Shown here: positions 1-8,181 of the stretch, piece after piece | Layout of the letters: each line of letters starts with the position of its first letter | How positions within the stretch are numbered: position 1 is the first letter of the stretch | NCBI GenBank assembly: GCA_030613785.1 | Contig: JAUWLF010000009.1 | Location: 5,624-69,623 of the forward strand | From: Chloroflexota bacterium | GTDB taxonomy: Bacteria > Chloroflexota > Anaerolineae > UBA7937 > B3-Chlor | Length of the DNA: 64,000 bases | Direction: 5' to 3' | Position numbers and translations under genes: made by a program | Notes under the pieces: model-generated | What the model was told of the DNA's origin: nothing | The model's input: only the letters and a program-made list of their open reading frames with translations | The model's database searches: none

Positions 1-731
1 TCGCGGTACTTCTGTGCAACGGCGGGATGACTGAGTTCGGCAGTAGCGGTGAATTCCAACAAGAGGTTTTCGGCGTTGGCCAGGAAAATGCGGTTGACGG
101 TAGCCTCCCACGTATTGATGTTTTCGGCTTCCGTTTTACTACGTTTGCTTTTGCTTTTGGTAAATGCATTGATGTGGTGAGCTTCATCGGAGATTAGAAC
201 GATTTCCTTGTCTTCAAAGTCGTCGTAGGTCAGGGCATTTTCACGGGGCGTGTTGAGGCTGGAATGTAACCCCTGGATGGTGGTGAAGAGGATGTTAATG
301 TCGTGTGGGTTGGCAGCCTGGAAGTTGTCCACGGGTTGAACACTGACCCGCTGCGCCCCGACGCTGAGCGCCGGGGCAAAAAGATACTTGGACGATTGTG
401 GACTGAGGAAGTTGACCTTGGTCTTTTCGATGATGTTGGTGCTGTTGACGAAGAAGATGAAGTTGCGGTATCCCTGCTGATAGAGATAGAGGATGGCGGC
501 CGCCATGATCAGCGTCTTGCCGCTGCCCGTCGCCATATGGAAGAGCAGTTGAGTGGGTTTGATGGGTTCCTGGTAGTCGGTGACATAGAAGATGAAGCGG
601 AACAGGGCTTCTTTTTGGTAGTCGCGCAGGGGAAAAGCTGGGTTGAGGCCACCGGTGATAACCTCCGGCATCTCGGTTTTGAGGACGCCATATTTGGATA
701 GGGCGTCCAATTCTTCTTTGAGGATAGACAT
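1..731 (-). CDS. res: Type III restriction enzyme Res subunit, N-terminal helicase part (open at window edge)
   Basis: Hand translation from ATG at 731: MSILKEELDALSKYGVLKTEMPEV... It carries Walker A LFHMATGSGKTLIMAAA and DEAH box LISDEAHH. It lies 54 nt downstream of the mod-type methylase. It is absent from the ORF track because it runs off position 1. Confidence 0.8.
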   Translation of the reverse strand, partial: MSILKEELDALSKYGVLKTEMPEVITGGLNPAFPLRDYQKEALFRFIFYVTDYQEPIKPTQLLFHMATGSGKTLIMAAAILYLYQQGYRNFIFFVNSTNIIEKTKVNFLSPQSSKYLFAPALSVGAQRVSVQPVDNFQAANPHDINILFTTIQGLHSSLNTPRENALTYDDFEDKEIVLISDEAHHINAFTKSKSKRSKTEAENINTWEATVNRIFLANAENLLLEFTATAELSHPAVAQKYR

Positions 732-785
732 AGGTTTGCTTTACTCCATAAGAACGGGTGAAGGTGGGTGGATTGCCAATCCGAC

Positions 786-2795
786 TTACATGTTGTAGAA
801 TTGTCGGTTGAGCCGTTTATCTTCCTCACTAACGTGGTAGTCCTCATCGTCAATTTCGCTGAGGTTGACGTAGAGGTGATTCTTGTCTAGCACCTCCAGC
901 AAGAAATGCTTCTGATCAGCAAGACTCAACTGAGCGAATTCCTCGGCATGTTCGTCAAACCGGTCAAACTTGACCTTATAGCTGAGGAAGGCTTCGGCCT
1001 GAAGTGTTTCCCAAAGGGCGTCGAGCTCCTCGGTGCTCTGTGCAGCTTCGACCTGGTCGATGTAGCTGGCGTTCCACTGCATCAGATCACAAGCGAGAAA
1101 GTCGCCACCGGCTTGCCAACCCACGGCTTTGGAAACGCCACTCTGATCGCCGTTGATGACGTTCTTGAGGCGCACGATGCTGTCATTGTCGCCGTAGTCC
1201 AGTTGCTCAACGCCGATGTATTGCAGACCCATTTTGTGTGCGACGGCGGCGGTGGTGCCGCTACCTAAGTTGAAGTCGAGAACGATATCGTTGTCTTTGT
1301 GGGTAGCCACTTCAATTATTCTCTTAATCAGTTTCTCGGGTTTCTTGCCATTCTTAAGGGTTACCCCTCCTTCCTTAGCGATACCATCCCAGCTGATATC
1401 GGTCCACAAATCTGTTAGCAACTCTGTAGGAGTTAGAACACCGTCGATGACCCTTACCTTATTGGAATAGAACGCAAGCATCCCGCCGTTCACCACATAG
1501 CCTTGAGTAGACTGGTCATCGTTGCTCTTCTCATAAACAAAAACCTTATCCCTATCAGCTTTCGATAGGTCTAGTAGCTCTCTGAGACTAGCTGTTGGCT
1601 TATGAGGATCACGGATGCTTACCACACGCTCATGATGCTCTAACACCCACTCACCCATAATACGTTCCCTGATGACTTTCCAATGCGGTCCCCACTTCTC
1701 TCTAGCATTTCTTGCTGATTGCTGGGGTGTGTCACCTATTTCGACCCCGTTCTCCTGGTAGACGATGTCTCTAACAGGAACAAGTTTCCATTCCGCTGGG
1801 TCGTCTTCGAAGTTCTCAATCACTAGGCCATAGTTCTTATCATAGTCAACTGGGACATAACACTTCTTGAAGTCGAAAGTCTCCCGGCTCTTCGTGTAGA
1901 ACAGCAAATGCTCGGTTACATCGATCGGTCCCGGGTTCACCGTCTTGAAGCCAGCGGGTGATGCTGTCTTGACCGAAATGAGTTGGATGAAGTTGTTTTT
2001 ATCGAATATCTCGTCCATTATCGCGATCAAATAGCCGACTTCGTGGTAGTCAATTTGCACAAGAATGCAGCCGTCGGCCGCGAGTAGATCGCGGGCAACT
2101 TCTAACCGGTTGACCATAAAGGTGAGCCAAGTGGAGTGGTTAAAGCGATCGTTGTAGTTGAAGCTGTCACTGCCGGTGTTGTAGGGCGGGTCGATGTAAA
2201 TCAGCTTCACGCGGCTTCGGAAGCGAGGTAGCAAGGAATGGACCGCGAGTAGGTTATTGCCTTTGATGATCAGGTTGTCGGTATCGGCGATCTCGTTCAC
2301 CGGGTGCTCCCCATCGGCATCAATGCGTCGGAAGTTGGTGAGTACCTTAGGATCTAGCAGTCGGTCGATGTCGTCCGGCGCCAAGGTCTCGTTCCAGAAG
2401 ATCTCGTCACGTTTGGCATCCTCCTCGGTCTGTCCGCCCTCCAGTACGCAGTCCTTGTAAGGCCACGCCAGCACGACGTCGCGGTGGCGGCTTAGGTATG
2501 TCCTCCCGTTATCATCGGTGAGGCCGATCTTGTTCGCGAAAGCAGTGTAGCTATCGGGCAAGAAGGCTTTGTTGCTCACAAAGTGGATGAACTTCTCTTT
2601 GTCGAACACCAAGACGCTGTCCACTTGTGTGAAGAAGTGGCGCCGCAGCCGAGAGTCCGAGAGCAGGAGTCCAATGAGCGTCTCATCCAACTTGAGAGCA
2701 AGTTCGATCACTTTGTTCTTGAGGAGCCTATCATCAGCAATCAGGCGCTCGTCTTCCTTGAGTAGTTGTTCTAGCTCGGCGAGCAGGTTCTGCAT
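786..2795 (-). CDS. mod: Type III R-M Mod subunit (N6-adenine/N4-cytosine DNA methyltransferase, DPPY type)
   Basis: 669 aa. Catalytic motif IYIDPPYNTGSDSFNYNDRFNHSTW precedes the SAM motif LDFNLGSGTTAAVAH (beta-class order). SD GAAAGGAG lies before the ATG. The res helicase is immediately downstream. Confidence 0.85.
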   Translation of the reverse strand: MQNLLAELEQLLKEDERLIADDRLLKNKVIELALKLDETLIGLLLSDSRLRRHFFTQVDSVLVFDKEKFIHFVSNKAFLPDSYTAFANKIGLTDDNGRTYLSRHRDVVLAWPYKDCVLEGGQTEEDAKRDEIFWNETLAPDDIDRLLDPKVLTNFRRIDADGEHPVNEIADTDNLIIKGNNLLAVHSLLPRFRSRVKLIYIDPPYNTGSDSFNYNDRFNHSTWLTFMVNRLEVARDLLAADGCILVQIDYHEVGYLIAIMDEIFDKNNFIQLISVKTASPAGFKTVNPGPIDVTEHLLFYTKSRETFDFKKCYVPVDYDKNYGLVIENFEDDPAEWKLVPVRDIVYQENGVEIGDTPQQSARNAREKWGPHWKVIRERIMGEWVLEHHERVVSIRDPHKPTASLRELLDLSKADRDKVFVYEKSNDDQSTQGYVVNGGMLAFYSNKVRVIDGVLTPTELLTDLWTDISWDGIAKEGGVTLKNGKKPEKLIKRIIEVATHKDNDIVLDFNLGSGTTAAVAHKMGLQYIGVEQLDYGDNDSIVRLKNVINGDQSGVSKAVGWQAGGDFLACDLMQWNASYIDQVEAAQSTEELDALWETLQAEAFLSYKVKFDRFDEHAEEFAQLSLADQKHFLLEVLDKNHLYVNLSEIDDEDYHVSEEDKRLNRQFYNM

Positions 2796-3062
2796 CTGGA
2801 GACTCCTTTCAAGTCAGGTATGGTGCCCTGGATGAGGGAATACCTAGTAGTGCGTGGTCTTGAAGCTGCTCATTGATTGGCTGGCGGGCTAGCGAAACAT
2901 GTATCGAGTTGATCTTGAGATCCTCCTGACTGAGTCTCCCTGGATTGTTGTCCGGTTGCCTACTTTGACCACCTCCGGCGTGACGAAGTCCGTCGCCAAG
3001 CCTGTCAAGGACGAAGTGCTGCGCGTCCATCGGTCGCCGAAGTAGAGAGCCGACGTGGCCCA

Positions 3063-3091
3063 ATTGTACCGCAGAGAACGAGAGTTCGCAA
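3063..3091 (-). promoter_or_regulatory. Candidate sigma70-type promoter TTGCGA-17-TACAAT upstream of mod
   Basis: Minus strand reads TTGCGAACTCTCGTTCTCTGCGGTACAAT, about 270 nt upstream of the mod ATG. The -35 is weaker than in the other promoters here. Confidence 0.3.
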
Positions 3092-3185
3092 TCGAAGGTG
3101 TGAGTAGCACGACGAGGCCCCGCCGTTGGAAGAGGGCGTATCTACCAGAAGCCGTCAGGAAATGCTGATCAACAGCGGGCGTACG

Positions 3186-3296
3186 CTAGCGCCGCTCATG
3201 GTGTTCCAACGGGGCGCAACCACTCTCCCTGCCCTCCTTCGTCGCCCAACCCCAGCCGCCTTCAACGAATTCAACAGCCACTGTTCCGCCCTCGAC
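3186..3296 (-). pseudogene. C-terminal remnant of an SH3-like mini-gene (paralog of 4594..4743)
   Basis: The frame directly after the DUF3644 stop reads VEGGTVAVEFVEGGWGWATKEGRESGCAPLEHHERR*. It aligns with VEVGEVLTVEFEESHWAWATKESGESGWVPLENL of the 4594 ORF. There is no start codon and no N-terminal half. Confidence 0.5.
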
Positions 3297-4292
3297 TCAA
3301 GAGGCCCTGTCAGCTTTGCGTCTATTCAGCCAACGTCGGTAGGTTGCTCTTGCTCGCGGTAAGTACCCAGGATGCTTTTGGATCTTGTCCACGATCGCCT
3401 CGATCAAATCCTGGGAGTACAAATGCGTCCCAGTGGCTTCGACCAAGTAGTGGTACCTGGACCGGCGAGCCTTCTTCACCTTCAGCTTGTACAGAATCGC
3501 GTGGAGGTCATGTTGAGTGAAGCGGACCGACTCACCCAATCTGTGGGCCACTGCGGCCCGAACCTGTCCAAACAGGAAGGGGTGCGTGCGGCTTACATCT
3601 CGTGGTACCTCAATGAGGCGAGCCTCACCCGTGCCGTCGCCCAGGGAAAGGACAATGTCAGCCTGCTTGGTTTTCTTTGTGAGGACCAACCGATAGGTGA
3701 TGGGTATGCCAAATTGCCGATCATTCGTCTGCGCGATCGCATCCTCAACCTCGCGGCTTCGTGACAGCAAGAACTCAGAGACCTCCTTGCCGTACTTCTT
3801 CTGCACCACGACCGGATCAATGTGTCTGATGTCAAACACTAGGCTCAACATGGGGGGCGAAGCCCTGTCTGTGAGGGTAAGCCCGAACCACTGACGGAGC
3901 ATGTCGGCATAGTTCATCACCCCTGCTTGGAATATGCCGGCGTATACCACCTCAAGCTCGGGGACTATGAGATGCGTAGCGCAGTCTCGAAGCGCAGTGA
4001 TCTCCTCTACATTCCGTCTCACCGGGTCCTTCTCATTGGGAAACACCTTCTTCAGAGCGTCCCGCAGCGATATTGACCGCCGCGGCCGTCCTCGCCGCTT
4101 CTTGTAGAAAATGCTCCCGTCAAGTTTTGTGTCCTCGACAATCCTCGCCTTAAGGAGGAGCTCCCACGCATTGGTGAATAGGAAACAGAAGCCCTCAATC
4201 CGATATCGTATCGTCGGCCTGTTGTAGAGATCCAGTGAGAGCAGGTATGCGTCCTGGCTTCTCTCGAGCAATTGCTTGGACAGTCTGTGCAT
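3297..4292 (-). CDS. DUF3644-family protein with an uncharacterised C-terminal domain
   Basis: 331 aa. The N-terminus SQDAYLLSLDLYNRPTIRYRIEGFCFLFTNAWELLLKARI matches my recollection of the DUF3644 signature. SD AGGAGGG lies 8 nt before the ATG. It has its own promoter and leader. Confidence 0.6.
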   Translation of the reverse strand: MHRLSKQLLERSQDAYLLSLDLYNRPTIRYRIEGFCFLFTNAWELLLKARIVEDTKLDGSIFYKKRRGRPRRSISLRDALKKVFPNEKDPVRRNVEEITALRDCATHLIVPELEVVYAGIFQAGVMNYADMLRQWFGLTLTDRASPPMLSLVFDIRHIDPVVVQKKYGKEVSEFLLSRSREVEDAIAQTNDRQFGIPITYRLVLTKKTKQADIVLSLGDGTGEARLIEVPRDVSRTHPFLFGQVRAAVAHRLGESVRFTQHDLHAILYKLKVKKARRSRYHYLVEATGTHLYSQDLIEAIVDKIQKHPGYLPRARATYRRWLNRRKADRAS

Positions 4293-4433
4293 CTAGGTCA
4301 CCCTCCTGGCCAGTTCCATCCCAGCCACGCCTAAAGGCATCCCACTCCGCCTGCCGCGCCTGTCCGCGGGTGGACCCGGCAAGACCTCGCTGCAGCGCAC
4401 AAGCCACACCACGCGAGAGCAGAAGTGAACGCA

Positions 4434-4464
4434 AAGGCCCGCCCCGAACTGCAAGGCGAGCCTT
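4434..4464 (-). promoter_or_regulatory. Leader hairpin, copy A (AAGGCUCGCC / 11-nt loop UUGCA... / GGCGGGCCUU)
   Basis: 10-bp stem with one G-U pair, followed by UUGCGUU. It lies about 50 nt downstream of promoter 4513..4541 and 142 nt upstream of the DUF3644 ATG. Confidence 0.6.
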
Positions 4465-4512
4465 GTTGACGAAGTATTGATCCAGGATGCTCCCCTTGGA
4501 CCTTACGATCAC

Positions 4513-4541
4513 ATTCTAGCACAATTGCGCTTGCCTGTCAA
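4513..4541 (-). promoter_or_regulatory. sigma70-type promoter TTGACA-17-TAGAAT (DUF3644 cassette)
   Basis: Minus strand reads TTGACAGGCAAGCGCAATTGTGCTAGAAT, with a TGC extended -10. Confidence 0.75.
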
Positions 4542-4593
4542 GATAGGCGGTACTTGGTCACCCCTCTATGACCATCCTCGCCATAACCGGTCC

Positions 4594-4743
4594 CTAGGTG
4601 TCGGTATCAAGGTTCTCCAACGGAACCCAACCGCTCTCCCCACTCTCCTTCGTCGCCCAGGCCCAGTGACTTTCCTCGAACTCCACAGTCAGCACTTCGC
4701 CCACCTCGACGGACAACTCAGTCGCGTCGTAGTCGCGCTTCAT
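4594..4743 (-). CDS. SH3-like mini-protein 2 (49 aa from the ATG; the ORF track extends it to a GTG at 4815)
   Basis: MKRDYDATELSVEVGEVLTVEFEESHWAWATKESGESGWVPLENLDTDT, an SH3-type pattern (ALYDY-like start, W-W, GWVP). Its ATG overlaps the upstream stop as TGATG. Confidence 0.55.
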   Translation of the reverse strand: MKRDYDATELSVEVGEVLTVEFEESHWAWATKESGESGWVPLENLDTDT

Positions 4744-4919
4744 CACGCAGGAATCCCCCCGGATCTCCACCCACTGTTGCCTAAGCTGCTGGTGCACCAG
4801 ATCCACCCGGGCCACTCCGTCTCCTTGTGTTCGAAACTGAGCTGCTCGCCCTCTCGCACGGTCAACGGATCGGCGTCTGCAGCTTGATGTGGTTTGGTAA
4901 CACGATGCTTGTCACCCAT
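4743..4919 (-). CDS. SH3-like mini-protein 1 (58 aa)
   Basis: MGDKHRVTKPHQAADADPLTVREGEQLSFEHKETEWPGWIWCTSSLGNSGWRSGGIPA. This is the internal ATG of ORF 4743..5036. The SH3 pattern is present but the usual GWVP..Y ending is lost. Confidence 0.5.
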   Translation of the reverse strand: MGDKHRVTKPHQAADADPLTVREGEQLSFEHKETEWPGWIWCTSSLGNSGWRSGGIPA

Positions 4920-4941
4920 CGAGTTGTCTTCCCGTGCAGCC

Positions 4942-5943
4942 TCAGTCCTCGGCAAACCCTTCGAGTTTGGGCACGTCCTCGGCCTCGCCAACACCGCCTG
5001 GTTCAGGCAACTCACCCGCGCTTGGCCTGGACGCACTGATCTGAAGACTCGTCAACCCACTGCTCACCTTGCTCAGCAGGACACTCAGCTCGTTGCGGGA
5101 ATTGGTCAGCATCGTGATCGCCCTGGAGAACCTGCCTTCGAGTTCTTCTTGCGCCGCCTGGATGCTCTCTTCCGCGCTGCGCAGGTACGCGTCCAATCTC
5201 TGCACGTCAAAGCTCTGCGAGGTCTCGAGTACTGTTTGAAACACGAGCAACAGATAGGGGACAAACATTCTGTAGCTGACGAGTGCCACGTTCAACCGAA
5301 ACACGTCTACGTAGATGCCAGCGCTAAGATCGTACACCCCGTCGGGGACCACCGCGACGCCGAAGTTCACCGTGACGTTGGGATCGATGTACTTCCTCAC
5401 CTCTTTGGCCTTGTCGAGCACAGCCTTCTCGATCTGAGCCTTGATCCTTTGTTGGTCCTGAGGGTCGTCGGCGGCGGCGAACTGCTCCAAGAGATGCGTC
5501 GCCGGCCACTTGGAGTCGATGGGCAGCACCAGGTTGTTGGGCAGGCGCAGGCCGAACTCCACGGCCTTGTCCCCTACCCTGAAGTTGCGCACCTGCCACT
5601 CGATGGGCAATTGGGCAAACACCGCCTCGAGGATATTCTCCCCCGCCGCGCCTTTGGTCTGCGTCCCGGCAATGACCATCTCCAGCCGCCGTATGGACTC
5701 GGCCGTCTGGCGCTCCAGGTCCTGGCGCGCTCTCGTGTACGCCTGCAACTGGGTCAAGTCCCGCTGGATGTTGGTCACCGCCTGGCTGACCGGCTCCAGT
5801 TGCGACAGCTTCTCTGAGATGACTGCGGTCTCCACGTCTCGTCGAGAGCTGCGGAGTTGCAGGAATTGCAGGGCCAGCAGCATTAGCACTGCCAGCAGAA
5901 GCACGACCACCAGAACGACCAACACCAGCAACAAAGGATCCAT
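4942..5943 (-). CDS. rmuC: RmuC-family protein (N-terminal TM helix, coiled coil, PD-(D/E)xK-like nuclease core)
   Basis: The hydrophobic N-terminus LLLVLVVLVVVLLLAVLMLLAL is followed by GAAGENILEAVFAQLP and EFGLRLPNNLVLPIDSKWP, which match RmuC core motifs. AGGAGG lies 6 nt before the ATG at 5943. Confidence 0.75.
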   Translation of the reverse strand: MDPLLLVLVVLVVVLLLAVLMLLALQFLQLRSSRRDVETAVISEKLSQLEPVSQAVTNIQRDLTQLQAYTRARQDLERQTAESIRRLEMVIAGTQTKGAAGENILEAVFAQLPIEWQVRNFRVGDKAVEFGLRLPNNLVLPIDSKWPATHLLEQFAAADDPQDQQRIKAQIEKAVLDKAKEVRKYIDPNVTVNFGVAVVPDGVYDLSAGIYVDVFRLNVALVSYRMFVPYLLLVFQTVLETSQSFDVQRLDAYLRSAEESIQAAQEELEGRFSRAITMLTNSRNELSVLLSKVSSGLTSLQISASRPSAGELPEPGGVGEAEDVPKLEGFAED

Positions 5944-5987
5944 CACATGCCTCCTGTTATGCGCCCAACTCCGTCTGCATGTCTACC

Positions 5988-6959
5988 TCAGTCCCGCACC
6001 GAGAACTCCACCCACAGCGGATAGTGGTCCGAGATGCGCCACGAGAGCTGCTGCCTGGTCAGGTTCAGCGACCTCAGCGCCGCCGTGGTGAAGTCGAAGC
6101 TACCCGCCTGCACGTACTCCAGGGACAGGGCCGGAACCTGGTTGTCCCCCGTGAACCAGGCGATCTGGTCGTAGAACTTGGGCCGGGCGGGATGGCCGAA
6201 GATCGTGCGAGGCACCTCGTTCACATCGTCAGGGACGTACAGCCCAGTAGAGCTGAAAGCCTCATACAGCTCGCTCTCCTGGCGGTCGATGTTGAAGTCA
6301 CCCAGGGCGATGAGGTTCTGATCATAGGCGTTGACATCCTTGGCCCAGTCGGCCATCCATTCGGCGATGGCCTTCAGCTCTGGGATGCGTCCCTCGGCCT
6401 CATCCCCCCACTTGACGTGCAGCGTGACCAGGATGAAGGTTCGCTTGCCCGAGAGGAAGCTCACCGCGTATGGCGTGCGAGCGAACTGTTCGTGCAGGGC
6501 GTCCGGCCCGATTCGGTCCAACTGCTCCTTCGGCACCACCAGCTCGCAGGCCAGCCCCGAGAGCCGCACTTTCCGCGTGTCGAACACGAAGGCCATGCGC
6601 TCGCTGTTGCCTGGAGCGCCCCTGGTGACGTCCGTCAGGCTGAAGGCCCAGTGTGGACCCAGGACCTTGAGCATGTGTCGCAGCGACCTCAGATTGGCCT
6701 TCACCTCCTGGAGGGCAATGACGTCGAAGCGGGAGACGATCTCGGCGATACAGCGCACGGCGTGAAGGTCGCGCTTGGGAGTGTCGTCGGGACCGGCCCT
6801 CCACTTCTTGGTCATGTTCCCAAAGGCCCGGATGTTCCACGTGCCAATAAGCACGTTCTGGTCGAGAATCTTGGGCGGGATGGCCTCATCCAGGGCCTCT
6901 CGTAGCTCAGCGAGTTCGGCCTCGATGTCTGGCGGCGGGCGATCGGTGATCTCAGCCAT
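5988..6959 (-). CDS. Endonuclease/exonuclease/phosphatase (EEP, DNase I-like) family protein
   Basis: 323 aa with LIGTWNIRAFG, VIALQEV, LGDFNIDR and SDHYPLWVEF. Strong SD GAAAGGAGG. Confidence 0.8.
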   Translation of the reverse strand: MAEITDRPPPDIEAELAELREALDEAIPPKILDQNVLIGTWNIRAFGNMTKKWRAGPDDTPKRDLHAVRCIAEIVSRFDVIALQEVKANLRSLRHMLKVLGPHWAFSLTDVTRGAPGNSERMAFVFDTRKVRLSGLACELVVPKEQLDRIGPDALHEQFARTPYAVSFLSGKRTFILVTLHVKWGDEAEGRIPELKAIAEWMADWAKDVNAYDQNLIALGDFNIDRQESELYEAFSSTGLYVPDDVNEVPRTIFGHPARPKFYDQIAWFTGDNQVPALSLEYVQAGSFDFTTAALRSLNLTRQQLSWRISDHYPLWVEFSVRD

Positions 6960-7049
6960 GCAACCTCCTTTCTCGATCCGCCGGCATTGGTCGTGCTCTT
7001 GCCAACAGACCGTTTATGACGGGATACTCGCTCTGGAGTCAAGACAAAA

Positions 7050-7079
7050 CAGGGCTCGCCCTGTGCAAGGCGAGCCTTG
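7050..7079 (-). promoter_or_regulatory. Leader hairpin, copy B (terminator-like: 11-bp stem, loop UUGCACAG, then UUUUGUCUUG)
   Basis: The RNA reads CAAGGCUCGCC-UUGCACAG-GGCGAGCCCUG-UUUUGUC. It lies between promoter 7128..7156 and the EEP ATG at 6959. Confidence 0.65.
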
Positions 7080-7127
7080 TCGACGAAGAAATGATGAGTG
7101 AGTGCTCCCCCTGCACCCTGCGTACTT

Positions 7128-7156
7128 ACTATAGCAGTCGTGAGGTGGATTGTCAA
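7128..7156 (-). promoter_or_regulatory. sigma70-type promoter TTGACA-17-TATAGT (EEP/RmuC/SH3 operon)
   Basis: Minus strand reads TTGACAATCCACCTCACGACTGCTATAGT. Confidence 0.8.
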
Positions 7157-7386
7157 TAGAGAACCGCCGCTGATCTGAGGTGTTGCCGCCCTTGGCCCAA
7201 GATCTCTCCCTCGGGCCCCATACTGTCGGCGCGCTGCACTTGCCTCACTCTGGTGCTCTCCTTCGACAGAAGCCTTGTCAGGTTGTGCCAGTGAAAACGG
7301 CTGGGCCGATCATGCTCCACGTTTTCGCAGTGCAGCAGGTCAAAGCCATGTAGGAAGTCTGCTCTCGATTTTTCCCTGCATCGCAT
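7153..7386 (-). CDS. Hypothetical 77-aa basic protein, possibly coupled to the DUF4013 gene
   Basis: Its ATG overlaps the DUF4013 stop as TGATG, the same junction used by other coupled pairs here. No family was recognised, and its 3' end runs into promoter B. Confidence 0.25.
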   Translation of the reverse strand: MRCREKSRADFLHGFDLLHCENVEHDRPSRFHWHNLTRLLSKESTRVRQVQRADSMGPEGEILGQGRQHLRSAAVLY

Positions 7387-8051
7387 CAGGCGACTGCCAG
7401 CGATTCGCGTTGCACCTGGCCCAGCAGATGCGCCATTACCAGATAGTACCAGAACATGGTGAAGAGCAGGCCGACGAAGCAGGCTATCACGCCGAAGTAG
7501 GCGACGTAGACAGCCACCACAGTGAGGGCGAGGGCCACGATGTAGTTGGCTATGTTGTCCCTGATGAAGCCGAAGATCTCACCGACCTGGAAGGCGGACC
7601 TGAAGACACCGGTCATCGCATACCTGATGAGGGCCGCCGGCGCAAAGAACAGGACCGCAATCGTATAGATCAAGTAGATACAGTTCGAACAGGCGCGGAG
7701 CATTCGCGCCATGTTCATCAGGGCCTCGTTATCGCTGACCCCACCCACGCCCAGCACGTACACACCCATCAATCCCAAGTTCAGACATAGCAGCGGCATC
7801 ATCGGAATCTGGTAGATGAAACCGATGACGAAGAAGATCAGCCCCTTCATGAACTTGCCACCGAAGTCCTCCCACTCGGGCAGGGGGATGTCCATCCCGT
7901 CGGCGGTCCTCTTGAGCGCCTCCAGCATGTATCCCAAGACCGTGAAGTTGACGATGGGGATGAAGAACAGGATGCCGCCGATGACGATCTTCGTGATCCA
8001 GCCCTCATCCTCGAACACGTAAGTGAACGATCTGCCAATATTGAGTGTCAT
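7386..8051 (-). CDS. DUF4013-family membrane protein
   Basis: 221 aa. The N-terminus FTYVFEDEGWITKIVIGGILFFIPIVNFTVLGYMLEALK fits my recollection of DUF4013. It has several TM helices. Confidence 0.6.
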   Translation of the reverse strand: MTLNIGRSFTYVFEDEGWITKIVIGGILFFIPIVNFTVLGYMLEALKRTADGMDIPLPEWEDFGGKFMKGLIFFVIGFIYQIPMMPLLCLNLGLMGVYVLGVGGVSDNEALMNMARMLRACSNCIYLIYTIAVLFFAPAALIRYAMTGVFRSAFQVGEIFGFIRDNIANYIVALALTVVAVYVAYFGVIACFVGLLFTMFWYYLVMAHLLGQVQRESLAVA

Positions 8052-8181
8052 TTCGATCTTACCTCCTCTGGGCTGAATTCGTCATTTCCTCAGGTGGAAT
8101 TCGATCAGTCGTTTCATAGTTGACATCCTTTCAGCACCTTTGAGAATGCTATCTCACTTGAGGCGCAGGCGGCAGGGCGGC

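Noticed and set aside
3003-3011. Second occurrence of TTGACAGGC (the same 9-mer as the -35 region of promoter A) upstream of mod
   Set aside because: There is no acceptable -10 hexamer at 16-19 nt spacing, and the flanks do not align with promoter A. It is treated as coincidence.
2809-3110. ORFs 2809..3063 and 2889..3110 between the SH3 remnant and mod, considered as a possible C (controller) protein
   Set aside because: There is no HTH pattern and no SD. Both overlap the candidate mod promoter. They are more likely non-coding leader.
4894-6905. Long plus-strand ORFs 4894..5817 and 5979..6905, and similar antisense ORFs elsewhere (10825..11874, 24984..25946, 29614..30414, 43111..43755, 57981..58859)
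   Set aside because: They lie exactly opposite genes with clear family motifs. They have Arg/Pro/Gly-rich low-complexity translations and no SD or promoter. They are shadow frames typical of GC-rich DNA.
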